A stretch of DNA of 64,000 bases from an uncultured candidate division Zixibacteria bacterium (GTDB taxonomy: Bacteria > Zixibacteria > MSB-5A5 > UBA10806 > 4484-95). The translations under genes were made by a program, and so were the position numbers. The notes beneath the pieces are model-generated. The model had not been told where the DNA came from, did no database searches, and was given only the letters and a program-made list of their open reading frames with translations. The stretch is from contig CAXXKA010000004.1 of the NCBI GenBank assembly GCA_963668625.2, positions 128,001-192,000 of the forward strand, given 5' to 3'. This document shows positions 31,281-40,842 of this stretch, piece by piece (within the stretch, counting starts at the first letter, position 1; each line of letters opens with the position of its first letter).

Positions 31281-32531
31281 CTACGTCCGCTCACCAAGCG
31301 TATCCACCAGACGATGCAAATCCCCGCCGGTCGGATTCTGAAATACCCGCAAATCAAAGCGCGGAATTACCGCCAATATGTGATCGAAAATATCCGCCTG
31401 TATCGCCTCGTAGTTGGCCCATACCTGATCGTTGGAGAAGACATAAATCTGAATCGGCAAACCATGCTCGCCGGGCGCCAGGTGACGGACTAAAAATGTC
31501 ATATCCTGATGCACTTTGGGATGGCTTTTCAGATAGGCAACCACATAGGCCCGGAATGTGCCGAGGTTAGTCATGTTGCGGCCGTTTACCAGTTCGGAGG
31601 TGTCAACTTTATGCTCGGCGTTATATCTGTCTATCTCATCCTTACGGGTCACGAGATAGTCCTTGATCAGATGGATTTTCTTGAAACGTTCCAGCATCTC
31701 CGGGCTAACGAATTTGACCGTGTTCATATCGATATTGATCGCCCGCTTTATCCGCCGTCCCCCCGACTCACTCATGCCCCGCCAGTTTTTGAACGAGTCG
31801 GATATCAGCGTGTATGTCGGGATGGTTGCGATCGTCTTATCCCAGTTCTGCACTTTCACGGTGTGCAAACTGATATCGATAACATCACCATCCGCGCCGT
31901 ATTTCGGCATCTCGATCCAATCACCGATTCGCACCATATCGTTCGAGGATAGCTGCACGCTGGCCACCAGCCCGAGAATCGTATCCTTGAATACCAGGAT
32001 GATAACCGCGGTCAGCGCGCCCAGGCCGCCCAGTAGCAAGGCCGGTGAACGGTTTATCAGGGTGGAGATAACCAGTATGCCGATTATCACCGCTAAGAAT
32101 ATCTGTACCAGTTGAAGGTAACCCTTTATCGGCCGGTTTTTGGCGATATCGAAAGTAGCGTAAACATCCCCGATAGCGTTGATAAAGGCAAACATCGAGG
32201 ACATACCGACGATCATCATATAAGCCATGGAAAGCCTCACCAGCCATTCACTGACCTGCGGGAATGCCGGCGCGAAAAAGTAAATCACTAATGCCGGCGC
32301 CAGATGAGACAACCTTACGAACAGCTTCCTCTCGGCGAAAGCATCATCCCATCTGGAGGAGCTTCTTTTGATCATCATGGTAATAAACCGAACTATTATA
32401 CTGCGAACTATGTAGTTGACTACAATCGCCAGCAAAATGACAATCGCGAAAGCTACGAACCAGGATAACGGCCCGGCCAGGTTATCGGCCAACCCAATTG
32501 ATATTAACCAGGTATATATTTTAACGGTCAA
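31281..32531 (-). CDS. mscS: Small/mini-conductance mechanosensitive channel (YbdG/MscM-like)
   Basis: LVFKDTILGLVASVQ, RIGDWIEMP, VKVQNWDKT, NWRGMSESGGRRIKR. Confidence 0.92.
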   Translation of the reverse strand: MTVKIYTWLISIGLADNLAGPLSWFVAFAIVILLAIVVNYIVRSIIVRFITMMIKRSSSRWDDAFAERKLFVRLSHLAPALVIYFFAPAFPQVSEWLVRLSMAYMMIVGMSSMFAFINAIGDVYATFDIAKNRPIKGYLQLVQIFLAVIIGILVISTLINRSPALLLGGLGALTAVIILVFKDTILGLVASVQLSSNDMVRIGDWIEMPKYGADGDVIDISLHTVKVQNWDKTIATIPTYTLISDSFKNWRGMSESGGRRIKRAINIDMNTVKFVSPEMLERFKKIHLIKDYLVTRKDEIDRYNAEHKVDTSELVNGRNMTNLGTFRAYVVAYLKSHPKVHQDMTFLVRHLAPGEHGLPIQIYVFSNDQVWANYEAIQADIFDHILAVIPRFDLRVFQNPTGGDLHRLVDTLGERT

Positions 32532-32845
32532 AGCTTGCTCCTTATTCCGAGATCATTTACGAATAACTATTATTTTGTAATTATATAATATCGAGCAGGG
32601 ACAATCAAAAGTATATTAGTTTAAAATACGATTATTTACCCGATTGTATGTAGCCGGGCTACCAGCTCTAATGGGAAAGAATATTTTCAGATGCCGGCTT
32701 TTGATGGCAGGCACGCCAGCCGGAGCATGAGGAAATACCCCAACCACCGGCTTCTGAAACAGACTCCGGTGATCTTTCCCGGCATTCATAATATTGCCAT
32801 CAGTTGAAAATCACCAGTCGCGATAACATCCTTAATACTCCTGAT

Positions 32846-32879
32846 AAAAATAGGCTACCCCCGGGGAGCGAGAGTAGCC
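32846..32879 (-). terminator. Intrinsic terminator
   Basis: GGCTAC...GTAGCC stem followed by TATTTTT on minus strand. Confidence 0.55.
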
Positions 32880-33046
32880 ATGGGTTTCCCCCCCCTTTGT
32901 CTCATTGAGAGTCACAGAAACAAGGGGTCCGATTCCCTTGAAGAACAAAACCCTGTGAAGCACAGCTTCAAGTACAACATCGTTCGTCAGCCGGAAATAG
33001 TCAATACGAATAGTTTACCATATTAATGCGTATAGAGTAATACGCA

Positions 33047-36000
33047 CTACTTGCCGGGGTTCGAATTCTTGAAATAGTCAACTAAGCTCATGTCAGTGTT
33101 GGTGATACCTAATTTCTTACGGATTTTTTCGCGATGTTTATGTATCGTACCAACCGTGACATTGAGTTCGTTGGCTATATCTTTGGAGGATGCTCCCCCT
33201 TTAATTAACTCGCAAATTCGAGCCTCTTTGTTTGAAAGGCTGTGATATAAGGCGTTGCTCTGCCCTAAATCTATTCGTAATTCGTGAAGGTTTCCTTTTA
33301 GTACTTTGAGATAGAGCTCATTAACTGTCTCATCGGGCCTCTTTATTCTATTCAATGCCGGCAGAAGTATCCGATCGACTGTTTCCGAGACCTGCTTTTT
33401 ATATTTGAGCTTTTCGAGATTAATCGATTTTAGCACATGTTTCAAAGCTATATTCTTGTTTTTCAGCTCTATTTGCTCTTTTTTCAAGGCAGCCAGGCTA
33501 TTTATCGATTGAACTTTCTTGAGGATGATATCAACGACTTCCTCCAGATATATTATTATATCAAGCGTGGGTCTATGCCCGTAAAACGGCGTATCGACCG
33601 AGAACCAGCCAATAGTTTTGCCGTCATCTTCTATAATCGGTACGAACAGCTCATCATCCTTTTTCCACGATTCCTCGCCCTCGCCGTAATCGGAATCCTG
33701 CGGTACATAACGCGCCACTTTATCCATGCCCAGTTGCGCCTCGGATGGTATAAAAAACGAGTTACTGATTTTAAACCGCTTCTGAGTCATATGGCTGGCA
33801 GTTTGCTCATCGGGCGCCGGTGCATTTCTGGCCGCTTTTATCAAGTCAGGATCGACACCGAACTGGCCTAAATTTATTATCTCTCTTTTTACGTTATGGA
33901 GAGTCAGTACCGAGCGTTTGAAAAGCTCGGCCTCGAATATTGCCTGGCAACCGAGTTCGAGGCATCTATCGACAGTCTCCGCGTTTCTCAACCTGTTTAG
34001 AAGGTTGAAACGAGCGTTGTTTCTGATCTCGTTAACTCTCTGTGAGGTTATATCCTCGGTATGTATCAATACCAGTTCCGGCGGCGCATAAGTGTAGTAG
34101 ACTTTCAGATAACTTTCGAGGTCCAGTGTTCGGTATTTATAACGAGCCTCCTCGCTGAACGAACTCTTCTCATTAAAACATCTGTGCATATTCTCGATAG
34201 CAAACGGCATATCTTCAAAGAATGCCGATACTTTGATTCCCAGGACACTGGCGATTTTCCCCCGCGTTATGTCATAAGCGGCATCGTTGTAGTTTTCCAG
34301 GATAAAATCACCATCCTCAAACCGCCAGGAATATGTCGGTATCGGGGATGCCTTGAACTGGACTTTGAATCTCATCTCGCTTGCTTGAAGTTCTTGCTCC
34401 GCTTTTTTCTTCTCGGATATATCGTTATTCATCGTGACCATTAATTTCGGTTTACCATCGCTGAACACGAAATCGTTGGTGTACTCGACCCAGACAATCG
34501 TACCATCATTACGGATAAACTTCGATTCCCCCTTCTCACCTGATTTCCCTGTTTCGAACAGGGAATCGTATCTGCCGAACGGCCCGCCGCGATGTTCATC
34601 CGCCAATATCAAATCGCGGTAATTATTGCCGATCAGGTCGTCCTTATCGAAACCGTATATCCGGCAATAAGAGCGGTTGACATAGTGATACACGCCGTCC
34701 TTATCTGTCAGGCAAAGGCCTATCGGTGAGTTCTCCCATATCGCCCGATAGTACTCCTCGCGCTCCCTTAGTTGAAGTTCGGCCTTTTTTCTGTCGGTAA
34801 TATCGATGTAATTTTCGACTATACCCAGCAACTCACCCTCGGCATTGTAATATGGCATGGCTGTAACGATACTCTCGATTTTCGTGCCATCGGATAAAAC
34901 GGTAGTATCCTCGTATTCATATTTATCATGAATATTTGCCAGTCTGTACATCGGGCAATCCGACGTATTGCACAGAGGCCCCGAATACAACTTGTAGCAG
35001 AGTTCACCGTAAATACTGCTTTCTTTCTGACGATAGAGGTTCTCGTATGGCTCATTAATTTTGAGAATATGGAAATTTCTATCAATCACGATCATAGGAG
35101 TGGAGGCTTTGAATATCTGTTCCATCTCCACGTAAGCGGATTTGAGTTCCCTTTCGATCCGCTTCCGCTCCGTGATATCCCGGTAGATTCCCTGGGTCAC
35201 GACCCTGTTATTGATATTTAGATGGCTTACGATAACCTCGATATCTATTCTCCTGCCGGATTTATTGATGCCTATGAACTCGTATCTATCGGGCTGTTTG
35301 ATATTATTCTTGAAATTATTAATCCGCTGTTCTATGAACTCCCGGCTTTCAGGAGCGATAACCATACTGGTTTGGAAGTCAGGCGATAAAAGCTCCTCCC
35401 TCGTCCAACCGAACAGCTCGATGAATTTATCGTTAACGAATTCGTAACGTTCGCTACTCATCAGGTAAACGGCATCGTTAGATTGCTCCAGAAGTGTCTG
35501 GTATTTCTCCTCGCTCTCCACCAGCGCCGACTTAGCCTGTTTCAACTCGGTAACATCAAAACCAATTGCGATAGCGATTAAACTCTCGTTATCAGCGCCG
35601 AAAATTGCCGAATTCGACCAGAATATATCGCGGTACTCGCCCGATTTCGTCACGATGGGCTTTTCATATCGGCCCCGGGGATTTAATTTTACCCACTCGG
35701 CGAAAGTATACTCCTGCGGCCACCACATATCCCTGGGCACGAAAAGCTCATGCCAGCTTTTGCCGATGACCTCCTCTTTCTTGTAACCGGTAATTCGCTC
35801 GCACTCATCATTGAACATGAGAATCGTAGCTTTGCCATCCATACAGACTATAATGCAGTTAGCCGTATTCAACATCGACTCGATAAGCCCGCGCCCTACC
35901 GAAAGCTCCTCCTCAATTCGGCTTTTTTCGGTTATATCCAGGGCCACGCCACGTACCCCGACTATCGTGTCCTTATCTTTTATGGCATCCGCTTTAATCA

Positions 36001-36397
36001 TCAACTTCACCTTGTGATCCCTACTATTCCGGGCTGTGAATACCTGCCTCTCCGGAGAGCCGCCGTTGAGTATCAAATCGACATTCCGAATGATACTCTC
36101 TTTCTCCTCGGGTATGAATAGATCGTACGCTTTCAAGCCGAGACTGAAATCTTTCTCGGAAAAACCCGTAACTGATTCTATATTGGCATTTAAAAAAGTT
36201 ATATTATAATCGGGATCTATCTCGAAAACAACCTCAGGCAGGATGCTCATGATCTGCTGATAGTCAGCCTCGTTTCGGCTATGAGCCTCAAGTGAGTTTA
36301 AGAGCTCGGATTGGCTTCTCTCGAGTTCATTCACTCTCTTCCGGAGCTTTATTAGCTCCTCTATATCAGTTATTTTTCCTGATGTACTTTCAGCCAT
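33047..36397 (-). CDS. Multi-PAS (about 6) + GAF-like + LuxR-HTH one-component regulator
   Basis: Repeated PAS/PAC ending DITE; C-terminal LSNKEARICELIKGG.SSKDIA...TIHKHREKIRKKLG; start MAEST. Confidence 0.88.
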   Translation of the reverse strand: MAESTSGKITDIEELIKLRKRVNELERSQSELLNSLEAHSRNEADYQQIMSILPEVVFEIDPDYNITFLNANIESVTGFSEKDFSLGLKAYDLFIPEEKESIIRNVDLILNGGSPERQVFTARNSRDHKVKLMIKADAIKDKDTIVGVRGVALDITEKSRIEEELSVGRGLIESMLNTANCIIVCMDGKATILMFNDECERITGYKKEEVIGKSWHELFVPRDMWWPQEYTFAEWVKLNPRGRYEKPIVTKSGEYRDIFWSNSAIFGADNESLIAIAIGFDVTELKQAKSALVESEEKYQTLLEQSNDAVYLMSSERYEFVNDKFIELFGWTREELLSPDFQTSMVIAPESREFIEQRINNFKNNIKQPDRYEFIGINKSGRRIDIEVIVSHLNINNRVVTQGIYRDITERKRIERELKSAYVEMEQIFKASTPMIVIDRNFHILKINEPYENLYRQKESSIYGELCYKLYSGPLCNTSDCPMYRLANIHDKYEYEDTTVLSDGTKIESIVTAMPYYNAEGELLGIVENYIDITDRKKAELQLREREEYYRAIWENSPIGLCLTDKDGVYHYVNRSYCRIYGFDKDDLIGNNYRDLILADEHRGGPFGRYDSLFETGKSGEKGESKFIRNDGTIVWVEYTNDFVFSDGKPKLMVTMNNDISEKKKAEQELQASEMRFKVQFKASPIPTYSWRFEDGDFILENYNDAAYDITRGKIASVLGIKVSAFFEDMPFAIENMHRCFNEKSSFSEEARYKYRTLDLESYLKVYYTYAPPELVLIHTEDITSQRVNEIRNNARFNLLNRLRNAETVDRCLELGCQAIFEAELFKRSVLTLHNVKREIINLGQFGVDPDLIKAARNAPAPDEQTASHMTQKRFKISNSFFIPSEAQLGMDKVARYVPQDSDYGEGEESWKKDDELFVPIIEDDGKTIGWFSVDTPFYGHRPTLDIIIYLEEVVDIILKKVQSINSLAALKKEQIELKNKNIALKHVLKSINLEKLKYKKQVSETVDRILLPALNRIKRPDETVNELYLKVLKGNLHELRIDLGQSNALYHSLSNKEARICELIKGGASSKDIANELNVTVGTIHKHREKIRKKLGITNTDMSLVDYFKNSNPGK

Positions 36398-36541
36398 AAT
36401 ATTAACCGGACAACAAAAGAATTTTTTATAATATATGCAGAAATTCAGGTTATACAAGCAGAATATCACGATGATGGATATCTGAAAACATTATAAATAT
36501 AGCGTTTTATCCGAGAAAAGTTCTTTAATTCTCGCTATCCA

Positions 36542-39500
36542 TTATTCCGATATCTCGACTACTTTTTTTTCCGCTCTTTTGGAATGTTTTAAAGCATTGT
36601 CTACCGCCAGCGAAAGCTCATACAAATTAACCGGTTTTCGTATATAACCGTCAGCGCCCAGGCTCAATGCTAACTCTACCCGGTCGCTTTCGGCATAGCC
36701 GGAGATTATAATCGCTTTCTGATCGGGATTTACCTGCAAGGCCTGGCGATATGTCTCGGCGCCATCGATACCTTCAGGCATAATCATATCGAGGATCATT
36801 AGATCATAGCTTTTTTCTTTCATTATTAATACTGCCTGCTCGCCCGAAACGGAGACATCGACCTTATAATTAAGCTTCTCAAGTAGCGATTTACTGACAT
36901 CTCGCTGCATATCATCATCATCAACTACTAGTACACTCTGGCCATCTCCTAAAATCAGCTTTTTCCGGCTTGACTCTGAAACCGTTTCTCTGCTACAGGG
37001 GAAATACAGGTAGAAACTCGTGCCGCTTCCTATTTTACTCCGAACATCCAGGTACCCGTTATGGTCCTCGATAATCGTCATTACTATGCTTAGCCCCAGA
37101 CCGCTGCCGCGTTTCTTATCCGATTTTTTCGTCGAGAAAAACGGCTCGAATATTTTAGATCGGATGTTATCCGGAATTCCCTGACCGGTATCCGATACCG
37201 TCAGTTTCACGTATTCTCCTCGTGGGACACGATTGAATTTATCGCATATTTTATCGGCATAGTAGTTTTCCGTTCTGATCGTAATTCGTCCGTTATCATC
37301 CATAGCATCCCAGGCGTTTTTAATCAGGTTAGAAATTAATCTGAATACCTGGGATGGCCCGCCCATAACCGTAAACAACCCATCCTGAAGTTTGATTTCC
37401 GTCTGAAATTCTTTTTCCGGCTTTTCCATATCTTCCAGTACGTGATTGACCAATACATTAAGGTTTAACGGTTCGAGGTTATAATGTCCGCGGCGGCTCA
37501 GTGTCAGAAGCTGCTGGTTTATTTCGGCCATCCTGAATGCGGCATCCTGCATTCTATCGAGATATTTTATAACATCGTGATTCTCAGATATCATATCTTG
37601 AATGATCTGCGGATAAGCAGTCAACGGTCCGAGCAGATTGTTGAAATCATGAGCAATCTGGCCTGACAGCCTGCCGGCAATTTCCAGGCGTTCGGCCCGC
37701 GAGATAACATCTTTCATGATTTGCTCTTTGGTAACATCGCGAAACGCCAGCACGACACCGACAATCTCACCTTTTTTATTCATAATCGGCGAACCGCTAT
37801 CGGCAATCGCTCTCCGGGTACCGTCCCTCGATACTAGCAGCGTATGATTCGCCAGACCGACAATTCTGCCTTTTTTGATAACCCGTTTTGCGGGATTCGC
37901 AACGGTTTGCCCGGTTTTCTCGTTAATAATCACGAACACCTCATCCAGGTGCTTACCCACGGCTTCACTTTCCGACCAACCGGTTAAATTCTCGGCAACC
38001 TTGTTGATTAAGTTGATCCTGAATTTGGTGTCGGTAGTGATAACGGCGTCACCGATCGACCTGAGTGTAACCGCCAGACGCTCTTTTTCTTTTTCAAGCT
38101 CGATTTCGGATAGTCTTTCATTCGTTACATCCTGAAAAGCCGCCACCACGGTATTTGGGGATGTCTGGAACGCTTGAACCTCGAATACTCCTTTGATCTC
38201 GCCTTTCTCGTAGTTAATCTGGTCATTCTGCCAAACTCCACCATTTTTCGCTACTTCGATATACTTAGCAGGCACCTTGGTGCCCGCTAATCCAGGGAAC
38301 GCCTCATTGATAGGTTTCCCTAAAATCGGAGTGTGATCGAAATCGAGTATCGATTCCGCGGCCGGATTGGCACCGACAAAAATCAACTCGCCGTTATCAT
38401 GAAGCTTATAAATATGCATACCAAGCGGCGATGATTCGACGATATTTTTGAACTTGATCTCCGAGTTTTTTAATGCCTCCTCGGCTTCCATGCGGTAAGT
38501 GATGTCGGTTATCATTACGATAGCGAATTTCTTGCCCTGGCTGTCATGCGCACTCGAGGCCGTGAGTTTGCCCCAGATGACTCCACCGTCTTTTCTTATA
38601 TATCTTTTTTCGACCCAATAAGAATTTATCTCGCCGCTCATGACTTGCCTGAAACGGCGCATGCCTTTTTCAAGATCATCAGGATGAGTTATATCGGCAA
38701 TCATTTTGCTTTTAAGTTCCTCTCCCGTGTAGCCCAAAATCTCCTGAAAAGCGGAATTAGTGAGTTCCAATCTCGTGTCAGGGGCAACCTTGGCGACCGC
38801 CAACGGGGCATGATCGAATATCGCTTTTAACGTTTCGCGGCTTTCCCTGGAAGAGTATTCCGTCTCCTTGAATGTCGTTATATCGATAAAATTCACTACT
38901 ACCTGATTCAATTCCCCATTTTCACTGAACTCCGGGAAAGCGTTGACCAATAACCAAACACTTTTCTCGTTGTTATTTCGCCTAACCTCGAGTATTTGAT
39001 TTTTTACGACCTCCTGTTCGGAAATCACTTTATTCAAGGGATTTTCTTCTATCGGAATAATATTGCCATCCTCATCGTATAAATTCCAACTGGAATCGAA
39101 AATCATTTTAGATTGTATTTGTTCATCGCCTACGTTCAAAATTCGGGCGGCTCGCTTATTGTGCATGAGTATTGAGGTATCAGGAGCGAATATCATCACA
39201 CCACCAACGAAATTTTCAAGCAACTTTCGGTACTGACGTTCTCTTTCTTTAATTTTAACGTAAGCGATACTCTTCAGCTTTTCCAGATTGATTCGATTGA
39301 GCGCGAAACTTATATCGTCGGAAATCTCTTTTAAAAACGTCATCTCTTCATCCAGGTTAGTTATATTCCGGGAAAGTGAGACAATCAATATGCCATAGAG
39401 ATGCTCCTTATAAAATAGACGGGCACAAATCGATGGATGTTGCAGATACGAATCAGCCAAATTACATTTTTTGCATTCCATTATCGGATTATCGATAATT

Positions 39501-40174
39501 ATGGCTTTATCAGTATTTTTCACTTTAGACCAGCAATATGGATATTCACCATTCTCGAGTTCTGACTGAATTTTGTTAAATCTTGAACCGAGATTCGAGG
39601 AGGCGCTATGAATATATCTACCTTCATCATCGAATAATATGATCAGCGCGTGTTTATACCCTCTGTTGGCGGTCAATGTGGAACATACATGTTTTATCAA
39701 TTCATTCCTGTCGGCTATATCTATTATAAGTCGATTGATATTTCTAACAGCCAAATTCATTGATTGCAGATGTTTTAATTTTTCTTTATATTCTTTGCCC
39801 GCCATAGCGTTCAAAATATGCTTAGCCAATTGTGAGGAGGTGTATAGTTGCTTCCTCAAGTAATACCAGGCCCCATCTTTAACGGCCTCTATTGCATCCT
39901 GTTCGTCTTCGGCATCGGCTAAAATAAATATCGGGATTTCAGGATTTTGATTTTTTATCTCCGTAAAAGCATTATAGCCATGACTATCGGTTAGAGACAT
40001 ATTCAGCAGAACACAATCATATTCACGCGATACCAGTTCGGATACCGCTGACAGTAATCTGTCGACTATCTTTGTCTCCGATTCGAACGACTGGTTTTCA
40101 TCCAGAAGTTTTTTAATCCGCTCGGCTTCACTTTGATTGCTTTCAACCAGTAATATTTTTCTGCATTCAGACAT
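36542..40174 (-). CDS. REC-GAF-multi-PAS hybrid histidine kinase
   Basis: Atypical N-terminal REC, four PAS, AHDFNN, NAWDA/DTGQG/FFSTK/GSGLGL, C-terminal REC. Confidence 0.92.
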   Translation of the reverse strand: MSECRKILLVESNQSEAERIKKLLDENQSFESETKIVDRLLSAVSELVSREYDCVLLNMSLTDSHGYNAFTEIKNQNPEIPIFILADAEDEQDAIEAVKDGAWYYLRKQLYTSSQLAKHILNAMAGKEYKEKLKHLQSMNLAVRNINRLIIDIADRNELIKHVCSTLTANRGYKHALIILFDDEGRYIHSASSNLGSRFNKIQSELENGEYPYCWSKVKNTDKAIIIDNPIMECKKCNLADSYLQHPSICARLFYKEHLYGILIVSLSRNITNLDEEMTFLKEISDDISFALNRINLEKLKSIAYVKIKERERQYRKLLENFVGGVMIFAPDTSILMHNKRAARILNVGDEQIQSKMIFDSSWNLYDEDGNIIPIEENPLNKVISEQEVVKNQILEVRRNNNEKSVWLLVNAFPEFSENGELNQVVVNFIDITTFKETEYSSRESRETLKAIFDHAPLAVAKVAPDTRLELTNSAFQEILGYTGEELKSKMIADITHPDDLEKGMRRFRQVMSGEINSYWVEKRYIRKDGGVIWGKLTASSAHDSQGKKFAIVMITDITYRMEAEEALKNSEIKFKNIVESSPLGMHIYKLHDNGELIFVGANPAAESILDFDHTPILGKPINEAFPGLAGTKVPAKYIEVAKNGGVWQNDQINYEKGEIKGVFEVQAFQTSPNTVVAAFQDVTNERLSEIELEKEKERLAVTLRSIGDAVITTDTKFRINLINKVAENLTGWSESEAVGKHLDEVFVIINEKTGQTVANPAKRVIKKGRIVGLANHTLLVSRDGTRRAIADSGSPIMNKKGEIVGVVLAFRDVTKEQIMKDVISRAERLEIAGRLSGQIAHDFNNLLGPLTAYPQIIQDMISENHDVIKYLDRMQDAAFRMAEINQQLLTLSRRGHYNLEPLNLNVLVNHVLEDMEKPEKEFQTEIKLQDGLFTVMGGPSQVFRLISNLIKNAWDAMDDNGRITIRTENYYADKICDKFNRVPRGEYVKLTVSDTGQGIPDNIRSKIFEPFFSTKKSDKKRGSGLGLSIVMTIIEDHNGYLDVRSKIGSGTSFYLYFPCSRETVSESSRKKLILGDGQSVLVVDDDDMQRDVSKSLLEKLNYKVDVSVSGEQAVLIMKEKSYDLMILDMIMPEGIDGAETYRQALQVNPDQKAIIISGYAESDRVELALSLGADGYIRKPVNLYELSLAVDNALKHSKRAEKKVVEISE

Positions 40175-40357
40175 TCGTACCCTGATACTATAAAAGTATT
40201 TTCCTCAGAACTACTAAGCTCACATAAAGGTTAATATCCACAACTTGGAATTTCCCCCCATACTAAAACTACAATCCGGCAAATTCATTGACCAAAACGA
40301 CTGTAATTCTTATGCCATTTAAATAATGCTACTTGTTAATGGCTGCCTGTTTTAATT

Positions 40358-40384
40358 AAATCGGTATAAAATACCTCTTATTAA
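40358..40384 (-). promoter_or_regulatory. Weak sigma28-like promoter
   Basis: TTAA-N15-ACCGATTT upstream of the hybrid kinase. Confidence 0.35.
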
Positions 40385-40447
40385 TATGAATTACCAATCA
40401 GTCTAAAAAGTTAACATCGATTGTATTGGATGGATTAGAAATAATAA

Positions 40448-40472
40448 AACGGGCAACCGGGTGTTACCCGTT
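40448..40472 (-). terminator. Displaced tRNA terminator at the distal att site
   Basis: AACGGGTAAC-ACCCG-GTTGCCCGTT then TTATT on minus strand. Confidence 0.55.
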
Positions 40473-40536
40473 ATCTATCTGCCGAAGGCCGGAATCGAAC
40501 CGGCACGAAAGTTACCCTTTGAGGGATTTTAAGTCC
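40466..40536 (-). repeat. att site: 71-bp duplicate of the tRNA-Leu 3' half
   Basis: Matches 49525-49595 with 2 mismatches; identity ends just past the anticodon loop. Confidence 0.92.
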
Positions 40537-40740
40537 TGAGCAAGGCTTAAAGCTAATCCGTTGCTACACCGCATAATATGAAGTTCTCCATCAACTTATA
40601 CTTTTCCCCTCCTCCACAAGAAACCACCACAAAACACCATAAACTACCACGTTATAACCATCAAGTTTGGACTTCGGATTGACTTGAGTCGTGGAATTTT
40701 CCATGGATATACCGTTGTTGTTACCGTATTGTTGACACGA

Positions 40741-40768
40741 AAAAGGCGGCCCTTTTCAGAGCCGCCTT
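40741..40768 (-). terminator. Intrinsic terminator of the Cys-rich gene
   Basis: AAGGCGGC...GCCGCCTT followed by T-run on minus strand. Confidence 0.6.
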
Positions 40769-40842
40769 CCGTAGATCAAGGTCAAAGTGTTAGAACACTT
40801 TTAAGAAGTAGTAGCTGAGATTAATTACTCGAATCAGGGAGT

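Noticed and set aside
32690-32790. Riboswitch controlling mscS
   Set aside because: A TTGATT-N16-TATAAT promoter lies between it and mscS, and I see no c-di-AMP or c-di-GMP consensus
40480-40536. Second tRNA-Leu gene
   Set aside because: Lacks the 5' acceptor strand and D arm; it is the att duplicate
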